Assembly: GCA_023213395.1 (NCBI GenBank)
Contig: CM041465.1
Span: 211,427,741 to 211,491,740, forward strand
Direction: 5' to 3'
Length of the DNA: 64,000 nt
From: Cycas panzhihuaensis
Taxonomy: Eukaryota; Plantae; Cycadophyta
How positions within the stretch are numbered: the first letter of the stretch is position 1; each line of letters opens with the position of its first letter. Below are positions 1-13,899 of the stretch, piece after piece. Both the position numbers and the translations under genes were made by a program. Below the pieces are notes generated by a model. It ran no database searches. It was not told the origin of the DNA and saw nothing but the letters and a program-made list of their open reading frames with translations.

Positions 1-124
1 TGAAATTATAAGTTTATTGACTTATTATATTCTTTGATTCCTTCTAAAAAGTACATAGTTTGTTGAGAAGTACAAAAAGTTCACTTATAAACTATATTTT
101 TTATGTACTAAAGTTTTCTATAAA

Positions 125-953
125 ATGGAAATTAATCTAAATAAAATATAATTTCCTATATTTGATGGCCAAAATTTTTCACAATGGCATAAAACAATAT
201 AAAATTATTTCATTACAAATGATTTTTGGAAGTACTTACAAGATGAATATGATCTTAATATTAAAGAAAACTTTAAAAAGGACAATGAAGTCTTAGGGAT
301 ATTATTTTGCATTATAGATGATAATGTGTTTTCTAAAGTTTATGAAATGACAACCTTCAAAACCGTATGGGACACCTTACTTTTCATTTATGGGGGAGAT
401 ACCCTCAAAGTAAATGAATTTAACATTGATATTGTTGAGCATGTGGATTATGATGAAAAGACCAAGGAACAAAATTCAAATCAAATGCATGATTATCTTG
501 TTGCACAAGAAGTTGATCCTCCATTTGAGGGGGAGAAATCTTATGATATGATACCACTCACAACACAAAGATTTCAAAGACAAAGTCAAAGTTCGAACAT
601 AAAGTCAAAGTTATACCATTCACCTTCATTTGAATGAAGCTACATTTACTTAGAGATTTTTGAATCGCTCAATGGTAAAAGACACATATTGCTAAAAAGA
701 TGAAGTGAGTCAATAGTGATCAAGCTAAAAGATAAATTTTCAAAATTTTTCTCAAGTTCAAATTTAACAAGTTTAAAGAGAAGATAAAGTTATTCGTGAT
801 GACCATTAAGGGGAGAATATTGGGGTTAATGATCATCACCCTACTCCCACCTTTCACAGAGGAGAGTGTACACCCACTTCCACCAATTTACACATATGAG
901 TGCTCACATGTAAAAGTAAGTGTAAGGTAAGGTTAAGTTTATTTGAGTTAAAG
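125..953 (+). mobile_element. Short non-autonomous Copia-like remnant: degenerate gag N-terminus (DUF4219-type), PPT and truncated 3' LTR
   Basis: ATG at 125 reads MEINLNKI*FPIFDGQNFSQWHKTI*NYFITNDFWKYL, in frame with ORF 326-637 (T.KTVWDTL). No pol follows. PPT-like TTAAGGGGAGAA at 806-817, then LTR start TATTGGGG at 818. Confidence 0.65.
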
Positions 954-954
954 A

Positions 955-1353
955 AGCTCGATACCGGATGAAGGAAAATAAAACCATGATGGAGACTGGA
1001 TAAAGTATAATCACATAGTCAAAACATTGTTACATAAACATATAAATCTTTTGAATTCAATCCATGATGAGTGAGTACATAGCAAATCTCCAGTGTAAGC
1101 GGTGTCTAAAGACACCAGGATTGCACACCCCGCCAAATATATAATTTAGAGGAGGAGGGAAACTCCTCAACCCGTAGAATTAAAACAATAATAAAATATT
1201 ACATAACTCAACTCAAATCAACTTAACTCAAATTAACTTTAGCCTTACCTTATACTTACCATTATATGAGCACCTACATATGTAAATTGATGGGAGTGGG
1301 TGTGCATTCTTGGGTGAAAGGTGGGAGTGGGATGATGATCATTAACCCCAATA
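955..1353 (-). mobile_element. Minus-strand 5' LTR (969-1353) plus tRNA-Met PBS, same LTR family as 818-953
   Basis: The reverse complement of about 1215-1353 matches 818-953 (TATTGGGGTTAATGATCATCA.CC.ACTCCCACCTTTCAC...). The LTR ends ...CCTTCA and is followed by a PBS (AGCTCGATACC on plus, 955-965). Confidence 0.7.
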
Positions 1354-1771
1354 ACACCTTTGTAAAATAGGTTAAATATGATGAGGTACATATATTTAGA
1401 TACCTTAGTAAAATATATATGAACTTTAAATTCTTAAAATATGAGATTTGAAGATGTGGGTAATAGCCTTTCTTCAACTTAGAATCAAATAGCATAAATA
1501 TTGTGCTTTTCAAATAACTTAGGTAAAACACAAATGGCTCAACTTGAAGCCTAAACCAAGTCTATATAGTGTTTAAGATAGATACGAAAATCTAGGATTA
1601 ACAAAACTAAAGCATGGGCCAACACCGCAAATAAGCCAAATGAACACCCTTCTATACATGAAATGAAGGCTATAGACCCTTTAAATGGATTGATTCTAAG
1701 ATATAAAATAGACATCGAGTCCAAAATATGAAATAAATACACACTATGTCAACATAGATAGAGAAATAAAG

Positions 1772-1773
<2 letters not shown>

Positions 1774-1813
<40 letters not shown>
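1774..1813. repeat. (TA)n microsatellite
   Basis: Direct reading. Confidence 0.95.
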
Positions 1814-1817
<4 letters not shown>

Positions 1818-1941
1818 TCTCCCAATATCCCACACACATAGTAGATATGGAAATATATTAGATTTCTTGATCTTCAATACACTAGTAGATGCAAAAATAT
1901 ATTAGATCTCTTAATCTCTCATACATATAGCAAATATAGAT
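1811..1941. repeat. Three degenerate ~44-bp tandem units
   Basis: Each unit begins TATTAGATYTC and contains ...ACA..TAGYARATRY. Confidence 0.7.
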
Positions 1942-4900
1942 CAACCCGGATGTAAGAAGAGTAGCATGTAAGGAGAGCAAGGATGCCATTAAATTTTTGA
2001 TACATACAAGTATAAATTATTCTTCTTCCATGAAAATGTCAAATATTCAAAGTGACAAAACTTCAAAGAAATAAAATAAAATGTAGTAATCCTAGTAACC
2101 TATGAATCATCTAATACACATAATTCATACACATGAATGGACCCATAGAGGAGATGTAGGCATAGATAAGAATATTCTCGGATAATAGTTGCAATGAGAC
2201 TAAGACTTCAATGTTCTAATAATGTCTTTAGTACCAAATATTGGTGTCGAAAAAGAAAAGAGTAAATCACACACAACACAAGAAATAGAAGAAGGAGAAC
2301 AAATAACTAAGAATGGAAGTGATACTAATGAATAACAAGGTCAATGACCTTCCAAATATATATAGGCGACAATGAGGTTATTAACTTGCACCTTAAGGTC
2401 AAATGTTAAGCATGTGCTTCCTTCAATAAATAATTATGATATATAGTTGCCAATATAGATTTAGGTATAACCTCAACATAGCCATTATCTCAACACCATA
2501 TTCAACCTTGATGAGCTCCTTTCTCTTGAACAAAGAGAGCTCTTGTTTCATTATCCCTTTTCATCATAATAGAAACCCCAAATTACATTCTTAGGAAAAT
2601 AATTATTGATTCAAGGTCTTCTATCAACCCCATATTGGCTAAAATACTCTAAGAATTCGGCATTTGCATCTTCAAACCCATCCAATGGAAGCTTTAAGGA
2701 TATAATGAGACCCTTAGATCCCCCATGTGGATAGTTACCATCTAACTCACTCTTGAGGATAAAACTCTCCTTATAGATATCATTATCCTTAAATTCTAAC
2801 ATGGGCTATAATTTGCTTTTTGGAAGATCATGGTTGATCCATATAGGATTTATTTACTTGTCCCATTGGGATTAACTTAAATTTATCAATAATGGGTAGG
2901 TTTACTTGTCCAACCAACTACACATGTCATTTTTAAAGAAGACAAAGTTATTTTCCTTTTATTTGAAGATGAAAGGTGAAATTTTGATTAGGACCTAATC
3001 CTTCCCAAGTTGGGTCGACCTATTTGAATCTTATTAGCAATTAGCATTATGAGTTATGTGGGTATTCTTAGTAACCTAGAATCGATGATGTTGAAGCATA
3101 AGTATGTATAATACACATGTTTGGATATGCTCAAAAGTTTATTAGTCCTATGGTCATGCAAATCTCCTCTCCCTTAACTTCCCTAATATTTGAATTAGGT
3201 TCAAATTCTTTATACTTATGTGATGAGCCACTATAATGTGACTCATCTCCATATCTAACTTAGGAGGCATTTAGTCCTTCTTTATAACAAATAACCCATT
3301 TGATTAAGCACCGCTTTACAAGTACAAAGCATTAATGCCATGATAATTTTTAAAATAATCTCTAAGATTCATGGATTAGTCATCTAAGAATAGATTTAAC
3401 CCTCTTTTGAGACCCCAACTAGAGTCAAAATTATTTAGGGCATGGGTTATTTTGAAAATGATGAAGCACTACTTGAACACCTAATTGGAAGAGCCCCAAA
3501 CTCACGTAATCAACTCTAGAGTGTTGAAACCTTAAAACTAACCTAATTCCAATGTTGGTAATCTACAAGTAAAATGAATTGAAATTTCATGAGAATCATA
3601 TTTTATAATCAATTTTCTTAATCTTTGTGAGATTAAAAGATTTATTAGAGGACTCCATTAGCTTTATAATTGTGTTATTATCCATGTGCGTGTTTTAGAA
3701 TAATGAAAGGATTAATTAGCAACATATATACCCAAGCTAAAAGAACTCATAAAAGTTCTATAAATGTACATAAGTTACTATTTAAAATATTTGTAGGAGA
3801 ATCAATCCGTAACATGCTTAAATTTATAGCCTAAAGGCTCCATTTTAAGCCATGAGCTTGTATTTTCTAGTCATACATGCTTTTCTTGCTAATATTATCA
3901 TAGTAACTACATGCATTAGGTCATATAAAAGCTCCCCTAAAGTTCCCTTCCTTCCACATAAATGTTTTTATAGTTAAGTAACTTAGTTTTGAGCCTCAAT
4001 CTCACACTTGTTAACTAGATTTACATCCTAAATTGATTATTATACTTTAACCCCTAGGTTAACTTTCTTTCCAATAATTTCTTTGGCTATTTACTCTTTC
4101 TTTGAAGCAACATTTTACCATTAACTTGCCAACATTTGAGGTGAGTTCTATAATTAGCCTAATTAACAAAATTAGACATTAAAGAATATTAATGAAGGAT
4201 GACATCCATTAGTCACATCCATTTATACAAATAATATAAATATGGATCACATTATAACATGTTATCATCGCTAAATAATATATTAAGAATAATATATCAT
4301 TAGATATTTTTGGGGTCTTTTACTAAACTACCTTCCTATCTTCCGGGAAACCGCCTTAGACTCTAGTTATAGTGGTTAATAAGTCATCCTTTGTTCGTGG
4401 TTAATAATATTAAATCAAGTAAGTATACATGTTTAGTCCCTCCTTGGGCCAAATTAAGTTATGAACCTAATAGTTAAGCAATCCTTGAGATCTAACATAG
4501 TTTATCAAAAGCACTATCCTTGTATCTTTGCATTATATTAGGTGATGATTAATATCTAACCAATGTGTAGAAAATCATGACTTATAGCTACAATAACACT
4601 TCAACCATTAGATATTTAACAATAAAATCCCATATAATCTATGGACAACTATGTAATATTATGATTTTTATGTCATCACTTCAACTATCTATGAAGTTCT
4701 TTATATAATTCACCAACATCTCCCTAAGTAGATTGTGTTGTTACATCACCAATGTCACCATTACATTAGCCACCTTTATATTTAATAGTGTATAAAATCA
4801 TTGCATAATATATAGTGTGTTGCTATCACAATTATTAATCTTATTATTATATAGTACATTAAGTTATCCTAGTATATAATTTAGATACATCATTTTATAT

Positions 4901-4955
4901 AGTTGTCTTATAGTTATATATCATATATCATATTATATATTAGATCATATTACAT

Positions 4956-4960
<5 letters not shown>

Positions 4961-4994
<34 letters not shown>

Positions 4995-5014
4995 GAGAGA
5001 GAGAGAGAGAGAGA
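4961..5014. repeat. Compound (TA)n/(AG)n microsatellite
   Basis: Direct reading. Confidence 0.95.
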
Positions 5015-5149
5015 TTAGCAATACCATCAAAACTACAAAAGAAAGAAAAAAGAAATTCATAGTCATTTGACAAATACCAATCCTACAACTACTCATAATT
5101 ATAATCTATCTATAATCAAGTAGTAAATCAATGTATCAATTACATAACG

Positions 5150-8100
5150 AAATAATGGACCCACTTGTATATGATTATAGAAAAATGGATATAGAAAAAT
5201 TACAAGAGGAAGTAGTGAAAATAAAAAGAAGATGTTAGGAATCAAATCCGGTTTGGAAGAAATGAGAATAATTATTAAAAATTAACTATGAAAAATAAAA
5301 TTCATATAAATAATGAAAAGATAAAAGCTCATTCTTTTCTCAAGTACATATTTAACGATCCATGATAACAAAAAGGCAATTATTAAATACATGGAGAAAT
5401 GGAATCATTTATATGCATCACTAAGAAAAATTTGGACAAAGGTTGACTATATCATTGCATGACTTCAAAATGTAATAAGCCTACAACTCAAGCAGAAGAA
5501 GAGAAATCAATATTCCATAGCTTGGTGGATTAAAGTATACTATTTATGAATTATTACAAAAGTTAGAGATATATTTTTATTACAATATATTAAGGATGAT
5601 AAGGAAAGAATACTATATGTTGTCATATATGTATCTAGAAGAGCATATAATTGGTGGTTGATGTGGATACAATAGTAAGATGAAAGTGGACATGCAAATC
5701 TTGGAAACAATTCTCCATAGCAATCAAATAATATTTTGAATATACATGGGATAATAATTATTTTTCTTAACTAAGTAAACTACAATAAAAGGAATAGTAA
5801 AAGAATACTATTAAAAATTTACTAGGTTAGTTTACAAAGTGATTGACCTATCATTACCTCAAAAAGTTGAATTATTCATATCAAGCCTACAACATGATAT
5901 TAAAATTGATGTGAAGGCATAAAACCTTAAGAACTTAGCAAGGCAACTTGTTTAGCTAGCTTTTGAGTTAAAATAAAAATCCCATTACATCCACCAATGT
6001 TAAGAAATAATAGATCTCTTTAACCCAACATGATAATAACCAAAGGAATAATCAATGAGAATAATTTATATCCTTAAAAAAGAAATAATCCACTAAACAA
6101 CCCATGAAGATATCCCCAATTGATAGAAAAAGAAATAGAAGAATGCTAACAGAAAGGTACTTGTTATTGGTGTAATGAAAAAAAGGTACAAAGGGCACAA
6201 ATGTCAAGAATAGAGATTATACTCATTAGTTATTACTAATGAAGATTAAACATAGGAAATATCTAAAGTAGTAAAGGAAGAAGTTCATGTAGATAATGAT
6301 CAATAATTTGAAGAAGAACCAATAATGTCTTTAGCAATAATGTTAGGAATAATAAGACCTAAAATTCTAAAAATAAAAGGATTAATATAAAAAAGGGTTT
6401 TATTTATTCTAAATGATTAAGGAAGTGCCCATAATTTTATCAATTACCATATCACCCATAATTTAGGATTATAAATTATAAAAATACCTACCTTCCAAGT
6501 TCAAGTTAGTAATCATAAACAAATACAGGATGAAGATATCTTAAAAATCTTAAGATCTCCTTCAATGATTATACCTTAGAGCTTATTTTCATATTATTAA
6601 AATTAGAGGATTTGTTGTAGTATTAGGGAGTCAATGGTTAAAAACCTTGGGCACCTATGAAATAAATTTATGAAAATATTTATCGATATAAAGAAGATGA
6701 TAAAATCATCATATTATAGGAATGTTGACTCATGATCCTCAATAGGTAACTTTGTATTAGATGAATAAATTACTCTATAAGGAATATCTATGGTGTATGG
6801 TAAAGTTATTCTCAACTAAAATAGAAAATAATAAATAAGAACATATAGATAATCAAATGAAAAATTTGATCGATTAACACGAAACTATATTCCAAGAACT
6901 CTAGTCACCTCACCTCCTAATTGTAGTATGGAACATATAATTGAATTAGAAAAATAATATAAGTCTTATCATAATTAAACCATGTTTACATTCTTATAAC
7001 CATAAGAATGAAATTAAATCTAGAATTCATGAGCTATTGGAACTTGGAGTAATTACATTAATTAAAATCCCTTTCATTGCTCTTGTATTATTGATAAGAA
7101 AAAAGATGACTTTTTCTAAATGTGCATTGATTATCATGGTCTCAATAAAATTACCATAAAATATAGATTTTCCATCCCATGAATTGATGAGTTCTCGATG
7201 AATTACATGGTGCTTAATACTTCATAAAACTAGATGTTACATCAAGTTATTATCAAATTAAGATAAGAGAAGAAGATACACAAAACAACATTTTGTACAC
7301 ATGAAGGATATTATGAATTTAAAATAGTGACATTTGATTTATGTAATGCACTTGCTACCTTCCATGTAATGATATAAAGTTTTTCACTCTTTTTAAGAAA
7401 AATTATATTGGTGTTTTTTATGATATACTTATTTACAAAAGATTGGGAAGATCATCTCATCTATGTAGATAAAGCTCTTGACACATTACAAAAATAAAAA
7501 TTTTGTAAAAAAACTTAAATGTAGCTTCAAGAAATAATAAATAGATTATTTAGGATATATTATCTCTAAAAATATAGTCAAAGGCAATCTAGATAAAATC
7601 AAAGCTATAATAGAATGGCTTATTCCATTTACCATTAAAATATTAAGAGGATTCCTAGGACTTCTTGAATATTATCATCAATTTATTAAAAATGCATGCA
7701 TATTACTACTAACCTAACCAATCTTCTTAAAAGAAATCTTTTGTATGGAATGATGCAAAACAATTATATTTTAAAAATCTTAAACTAATTATGACAACCT
7801 CATCCTTACTAGTAATTATATATTTCGAAAAACCTTCACCATGCAATGGGATGCAATAAGAGTAGGTATTAGGTCTATCTTAATACAAGAAGGCTAACCT
7901 ATTATCTATGAAAGTCGATGATTAAATGATCAAGAAAAATTTTAATCTACCTATGATAAGGAAATATTTATTATTATGCATGCCTTATATAAATGGCAAT
8001 AATATTTATTGGGTAGTAAATTCCTAGTAAAAATAGACCATAATAACCTTTAATATTTTTGAAACAACAAGATTTATCAACTAAACTATAGAAATGTGTC

Positions 8101-8669
8101 ACTCAATTACAAATATATGATTTTAAAAATTGTTATAAAAAGGAAAGAACAAATGTGGTGGTTGATGTATTATCACATCGAGATGAAGTAATCTAAGTTT
8201 AAGTTATTAATATGATCAATCTTGGGTGGTTAGATGATATAAGGGTTGGGTATGATAAGGATTTTAATATAAGATAATTAATTATTAAAATCTAAAAAGA
8301 ACATCAAGGGAAATATGAATGGAAATATAATATTTTATAGTATAAGGGTTAAATTTATCTTAGAGAAAAATCAAAATTTATATAAAAGATTTTGAAAGGA
8401 GGATATATAGTACCTACAATAGTGCATACAAGATTTTATAAAACTTATCATTAAATATGACAATCATTTTTTTGAAAAGGTATAAAAATAAAATACAAAA
8501 ATTTATTAACAAATTTAAAGTATATCAAACTTCCAAATATGAAAATATTCTTCAATTAGGATTGTTACAACCATTATCAATTCTACATAGAAAATAGAAA
8601 AGTATAAGTATAGATCTTATTACAACATTACCAAGTTTAAATGATAAATATTATATTTATGTAGTAGTA
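5150..8669 (+). mobile_element. Degenerate Ty3/Gypsy chromovirus-type (Reina-like) gag-pol, truncated in integrase
   Basis: gag (DDKERILY...AYNWWLMW), knuckle KGTCYWCNEK..GHKC ~6150, protease ILND*GSAHNFI ~6405, VVLGSQWLKTLG, RT (CIDYHGLNKITIKYRFSIP, THEGYYEF, VFF.DILIY ~7410), RNase H ~7840, integrase GLLQPL...SIDLITTLP. Gypsy domain order with many stops and frameshifts. Confidence 0.9.
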
Positions 8670-9700
8670 TATTAGAATAATTCTCATATTATGAATCATA
8701 TCTTCCTTAGAGATTACCGCATTAAGTTGATAACCTAGATTGGTGGAGATATTGTGGTGGTAGCATGTAAGGTATTTGTTAATGCCAATCAATGGTAGAC
8801 TTTAAGAGGTGTGAAAATCCCTCTCAATACTACTTATTTATTCATGGGGTTTGATAGCCCTAGTGTTTATTAATGCCACCATTCTCATGGATTGGTGGTT
8901 CTTCCTTTCTTACATTATCCTTATACTCCGTTTGTTTCCTAATTCCATCTTTTGATATGAAAACCACCTTCCACAGTTCTTGAGCTATCATTCATGCATT
9001 CAAGAGCCATAATGTAGGTGTTAAACTACAATGACTTTATGAGAGTCAGTTTCATTCATTCCTCTTGATCTAATATTTTAGTTTATATATTCATCCTCAT
9101 CATGTATTAGGTTGATCATATTTATCTTTCATACTAATTATATGTGGGTTATCTATGAGGTTGTGTTTGATCTATCTCTACTTTAGAATAACTCATTAGA
9201 GCATTATGAAGTTCCATCAACTCTATTAAATTTAATTTGTAGAGTTAATTTCTATTTTGTTTGTGTCATTCACTGATTTAGACTTGTTCATTTCTATTTA
9301 GTTTTGTTTAGTTAGTTTATTGTTGGAACCTGTCTATAAAAAATAATTTCATCTATGTAACTTTATCATTATGATCAAGCATAGTCTATATTTTGAAGAA
9401 GCCATTCTCTTATACCTATAACTATAATCATATTTGTTGTCATATCAAGACTTTATCTACTATAGAGTTACTCGCTATTGAGATTGTCAACGCCTTCCAT
9501 TATCAAGATCTAAAGTCTCTTTGCCCTTATCATGGTTCACAAGATTTTTCCACTTGCATTTGCATTGTTTCGCCTCTTCTAAACCCCTTCTCCTTCATCA
9601 TTCTAACAATGATCTCTTAAAGGGTCTTGTTCCTTTTGGTTGAGTAAAATCTTTTCCAACCCCACGGATCACTACCCTCCTTTTGTGGCTAATTTGGTAT
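8670..9700 (+). mobile_element. LTR-like insertion interrupting the Gypsy integrase, related to the LTRs at 44613 and 46511
   Basis: Starts TATTAG (decayed TGTTGG) exactly where integrase homology stops. Shares CAATGG...TTAAGAGGTGTG...TCTCAAT...ATTTATT.ATGGGG...CACC with 44613 onward. The right boundary is uncertain. Confidence 0.55.
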
Positions 9701-12700
9701 CATTTGCAACTCTTTCTCCCATCGAATGAAGCATGTAAAATCATATCAATAGTTGCTAGAGTTTGTGCATAAAAACATTCACTTTTAGTGTGTCCTCTAC
9801 TACATTAGTGTACCTTGCCTTTTCCAAAGACATTATATAGAGTATAGAAATGCAAACATTTATGCCTTGTTTAATGTAATCTAAGCATAATTACAAATAT
9901 TTGTAAACTTTATAAAAATATAAGTATTTATGTCTCTCTCTTTTCGCAAACATATGTAAATATTCATCATTATTGATCAATATCACCATTACCCCATTGT
10001 TGTTTGCTTTGTCATCTATTCCAAAGAAAAGTTTGGATGTAAATATATTGCATAGACTTTATAATTTTTTTGCTCGCATTATGCCCTTGTCTTTATTCGC
10101 CACTACTCCTGCTCATATTTGAATGCTTAAATATTTGATTCATAAGAAATATTTTTTACTCAATCTTTATCATGTTATTTTTTCTAACTACATCTTTATA
10201 TAACACTTGATTCTACACTTTTCACATTACTTTTGATGGCTACATTTTACATCCTATACATTTACATCTTTTGTGATATCTTTTAATTTTTGATATTGGC
10301 ATCAACATTTACATTAAGTTTGCCTATTTTTAGTGAAGGTATTCACATATTTGCTTGTATTGCTAAGTTAGATGTAGATATAAACCCAATTTAATTAAAT
10401 ATATTCTCTTCTCGTAATAAGAGCCCTTCAAAGGCTATGAAGTCTATTTTTGAATAATTGTCATGTAGTTTAGAGATAAAAGAGTTATATTCTATAGGTA
10501 AGATGTTTATGATGCTAGAGATTAAATCATGATATGAAAGTTACTCTAAGGATTATCAATTGGTTCCTAATGGTTTTAACTTCGGTCAAGTAGTTTATAA
10601 CATTGCTAATAAAATGCATTGTAAATAGGTGTGCTTTAAGTGTTAGGGATCTAAATCCATCCTTTCTCTCATAGAGGACACACAATATGGTCCATGCCTA
10701 ATGAGATATTTGGGTTGTTTCAATAGTTTGGTCCATTTGATTTTTAACATCTATGTGGAGGAAGGATAGGGTAACATTATCCTTAGCTTTGAAGTTAGCT
10801 AAGGCTATAGGATCTAGAGGAATTATGATGGTAGGATTATTGGGATTTTTATTAGCATAGGTAGGGGTATGTCTCCATTTACATAGGCCCAAAATCCATT
10901 CATGATAAGTAAGTTTTAACTTGTTTTTCCATGGTATAAAATTATTAATACTATTTAGTTTAATTATGTTGGAGAGTAGCATTTGTGATGTTATTTTTAT
11001 TTTTGAGTTTTTATTTTATTTTGTGTCTTTAAGGTTTTGTATTTATGAACTAATCTACCTAAGGGATACTAATATAGAATTCTAAGTTTTAGGGGTCTCT
11101 AAGAAAGTTCTCAATTACTACCTTGTTTAGTGGTGCTTACTTATAAGTGGCAAATTAGGGACCTAATATATTGGTGCGTAAGCTCAAAGGATAAATACAT
11201 AGACTACAAAGAAGGTCTAAGATCCTCTAATTTATTTACCCACTTATGCTAGACTTATGCCTAACAATAGATCTAATAGTGAGAACTTATCTAATCGAGG
11301 TACTCACCCCTTTTGGGTCTAGCCTAGTCCATAAACTCTAACAAAAAGATATACACCTCAACTTTCCACCTATTACACCTTATAACCAATGATTTCCTTA
11401 GTAAATTAAAGCGCACCAATTGCGTGTACATGATGGTAACTTTAGGGGTCCTAACCATTCCCCTTGCAAGGCTAGAAACGAGAGATTAATTAGGAAATTA
11501 CTTTTTAATATGAGAAGATTGATTTTATGGTGAGTTGTTACAAGTAAAAAGTTTATTTTTAAATAAAAATAACTAAAATAAAGATGAAAATAAAAGAAAT
11601 AACTAAAATAAAGATAAATATGGGTTTATAGTTCTCTTTAATGGGTCATGTACAAAAGAGAATCATATCAACCTTCCAATGAAACACCTATAAAAACCAA
11701 CACCATGCACTTACTAGCCTTAAAATGGAGTTAGGTAGTTAAATAAAGATTACTAATAGCATAAAGTAGTACAAGAACTTCTTAAAAACTAAAATAAGCC
11801 TTTAAAAATGAGAAAAATGCTGAAATATGCTCAAATACCAAGGTCTATTTTGATAGCTTATAACTTTAGAAAATGGCTTCAAATCAAGATTAGTCTAATC
11901 CTAGTCTATAGAGCTCTGAATCCCCTTTTTGGCGGTCTAAACAATTTGTAAAACATACTTAAATTCTTGAGATATAGCCAAAATAGTGCTAGTACCTTTT
12001 ATAAAAATATGCAAAGGAGAATGGGCTTAAGCCCCTTTAAAACTAGCCCCTAGTCACCTGTAAACTAAATGTGACCATGTATTGATGAAGTTAAGGGGCT
12101 TATGGATCTAAAATTATATTGAATATAATCTAATCTCTTTTAATATGTAAAAAGAATAAAAGTAACTAAATTTCTTTTGGAGTCTACCCTTTTATGTGAA
12201 AAAGATGGTTATATGATTGATGAACATGACTAGAATAAGGGATAAAGGCTAAATCTTAAGTAAAAATCAAAATCAATTTAATTTCATGAGATAAAGTTAA
12301 AAACTTAATGAAAAATATAAAATTTTTATGGAACATGAGTATTGAGGCTCACATGGGCTACACATGATGTTGGGTGGCCGCATAGGGTGTAAGAGCAAAA
12401 ACACACCAAGATCAATATAAAGAATAAAAAATCATGGGGATTGGGAGGGGGGGCGAGGGCCTAACGAGACTGATGGACTTAGGTTTTTACAAAATAAGCT
12501 TATAATGAGTAAAAAAGCTACAAAGAGTAAAAGGGCTATACAAATAAAATTGGCCAAAAGAGACCTTTACACAACAAATAACTAGTCTGAATATATTTCA
12601 ATAGGCTAGGAATAAGGTTAGGAAACCACTAAGGAGGTAGATCTAGCCCTAATAAGTAAATACATCTAATTCTAGGGTTGGAGAGGCTTGGAAATAATCT

Positions 12701-12919
12701 TTTTTCACCATTTTCTCTAAAAGCTATAACGACCATATACAACTATAAACGAGCTTGATATCAAATATATGGAGCTAATATACACTAGAGAATGCCTACA
12801 CTTAATGTAAACATTGTAGTATACAGATATTTAAGAATAATTGAAGAACTAAGAGCAAACATGGTGTCATTATAAAGGAACAAGCCTTCATTTGTTAATT
12901 CTAAATCAAAGCATAAATA

Positions 12920-13330
12920 AGCTTTGATACCATTCTAAAAAACTTCATGATCTAAAAATCATGTGCTAGTAATCGAAAATAAGTTATACTACTTGAATAA
13001 TGTAGGAAATAAGCAAAACATCACTATATTAAAGAGCAGTGAATTTGTCATCACGTGAGGCTTAATATGGGTAGGGCTTCCATATAACATTCAATATCAT
13101 GTACAAATGAATGATATAAGGCTCAATTTATAAGTAACCCATCAATATTTTGAGTGATATAATTGGTGACTAAGTAGCATATACGATGAACCCAACCATA
13201 TTATACAACGTGATTAGATTTATATTAGAGTCACCTTAGGATTATAATATGCACATAAAGAACATAAAATACAATGAAATAAAGATGCTATTACATAGTT
13301 TTAATAGATATAAGCCAATATAATATCGTA
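12920..13330 (-). mobile_element. PBS plus probable LTR remnant
   Basis: AGCTTTGATACCA at ~12920-12932 is the reverse complement of a tRNA-Met PBS, followed by LTR-like sequence. Extent uncertain. Confidence 0.45.
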
Positions 13331-13899
13331 TATTCCTATCTTAGGTTCAAAATATCAAAAGTTTTGAAAGTTTATTTGAGGATTGGTTCCCATGCCACTA
13401 AAAAATGAGAGAAAATTTATGTGTTTATCCTACTAGAACCTACTCTAGAATGGTATGAAGAGAAGATGTGGCTAGAATATAATACTAATCTAGTGGACCT
13501 ATACCACCCAAAGTTTATATATCAATTGATCAACTCTAAAGGCTACCAACTTATACTCGTAATTACAATAAGGCTCTAATTATTTGAAGGCATCACATAA
13601 ATTATGTACCCTCATCGTCCTTTTCTTTTAAACATCCTAATGAGATATCACTTGTTGCTAGCTTGAAGTATATGTTTAATGAATGTGCTAATTTATTATA
13701 AGTTTATGATGAAGGATAGTTGATTTAACTAGACTATAGTCATTTTCCTCATAGATTGAGTAACATTCTCTTTTTCATATATGCCTCCTTTGTTGTAGCT
13801 CTCTTCATCTTGTTCTTACAAGATTGTTGGAATATTGATAAAGCACATTTATTTTGTCCAACATACAAGTGGGTCCCACTCTCCCCATCATGACATGTA

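Noticed and set aside
2611-2802. Minus-strand ORF vaguely resembling RNase H or a chromodomain
   Set aside because: No diagnostic residues in the correct spacing and no flanking domains recognised.
3000-4300. Possible LINE RT remnant (EFGALPIR on minus at ~3480-3505)
   Set aside because: The expected YLG and other RT motifs were not found.
9700-12900. Additional Gypsy gag/LTR fragments
   Set aside because: Probably TE-derived, but boundaries and domains could not be supported by eye.
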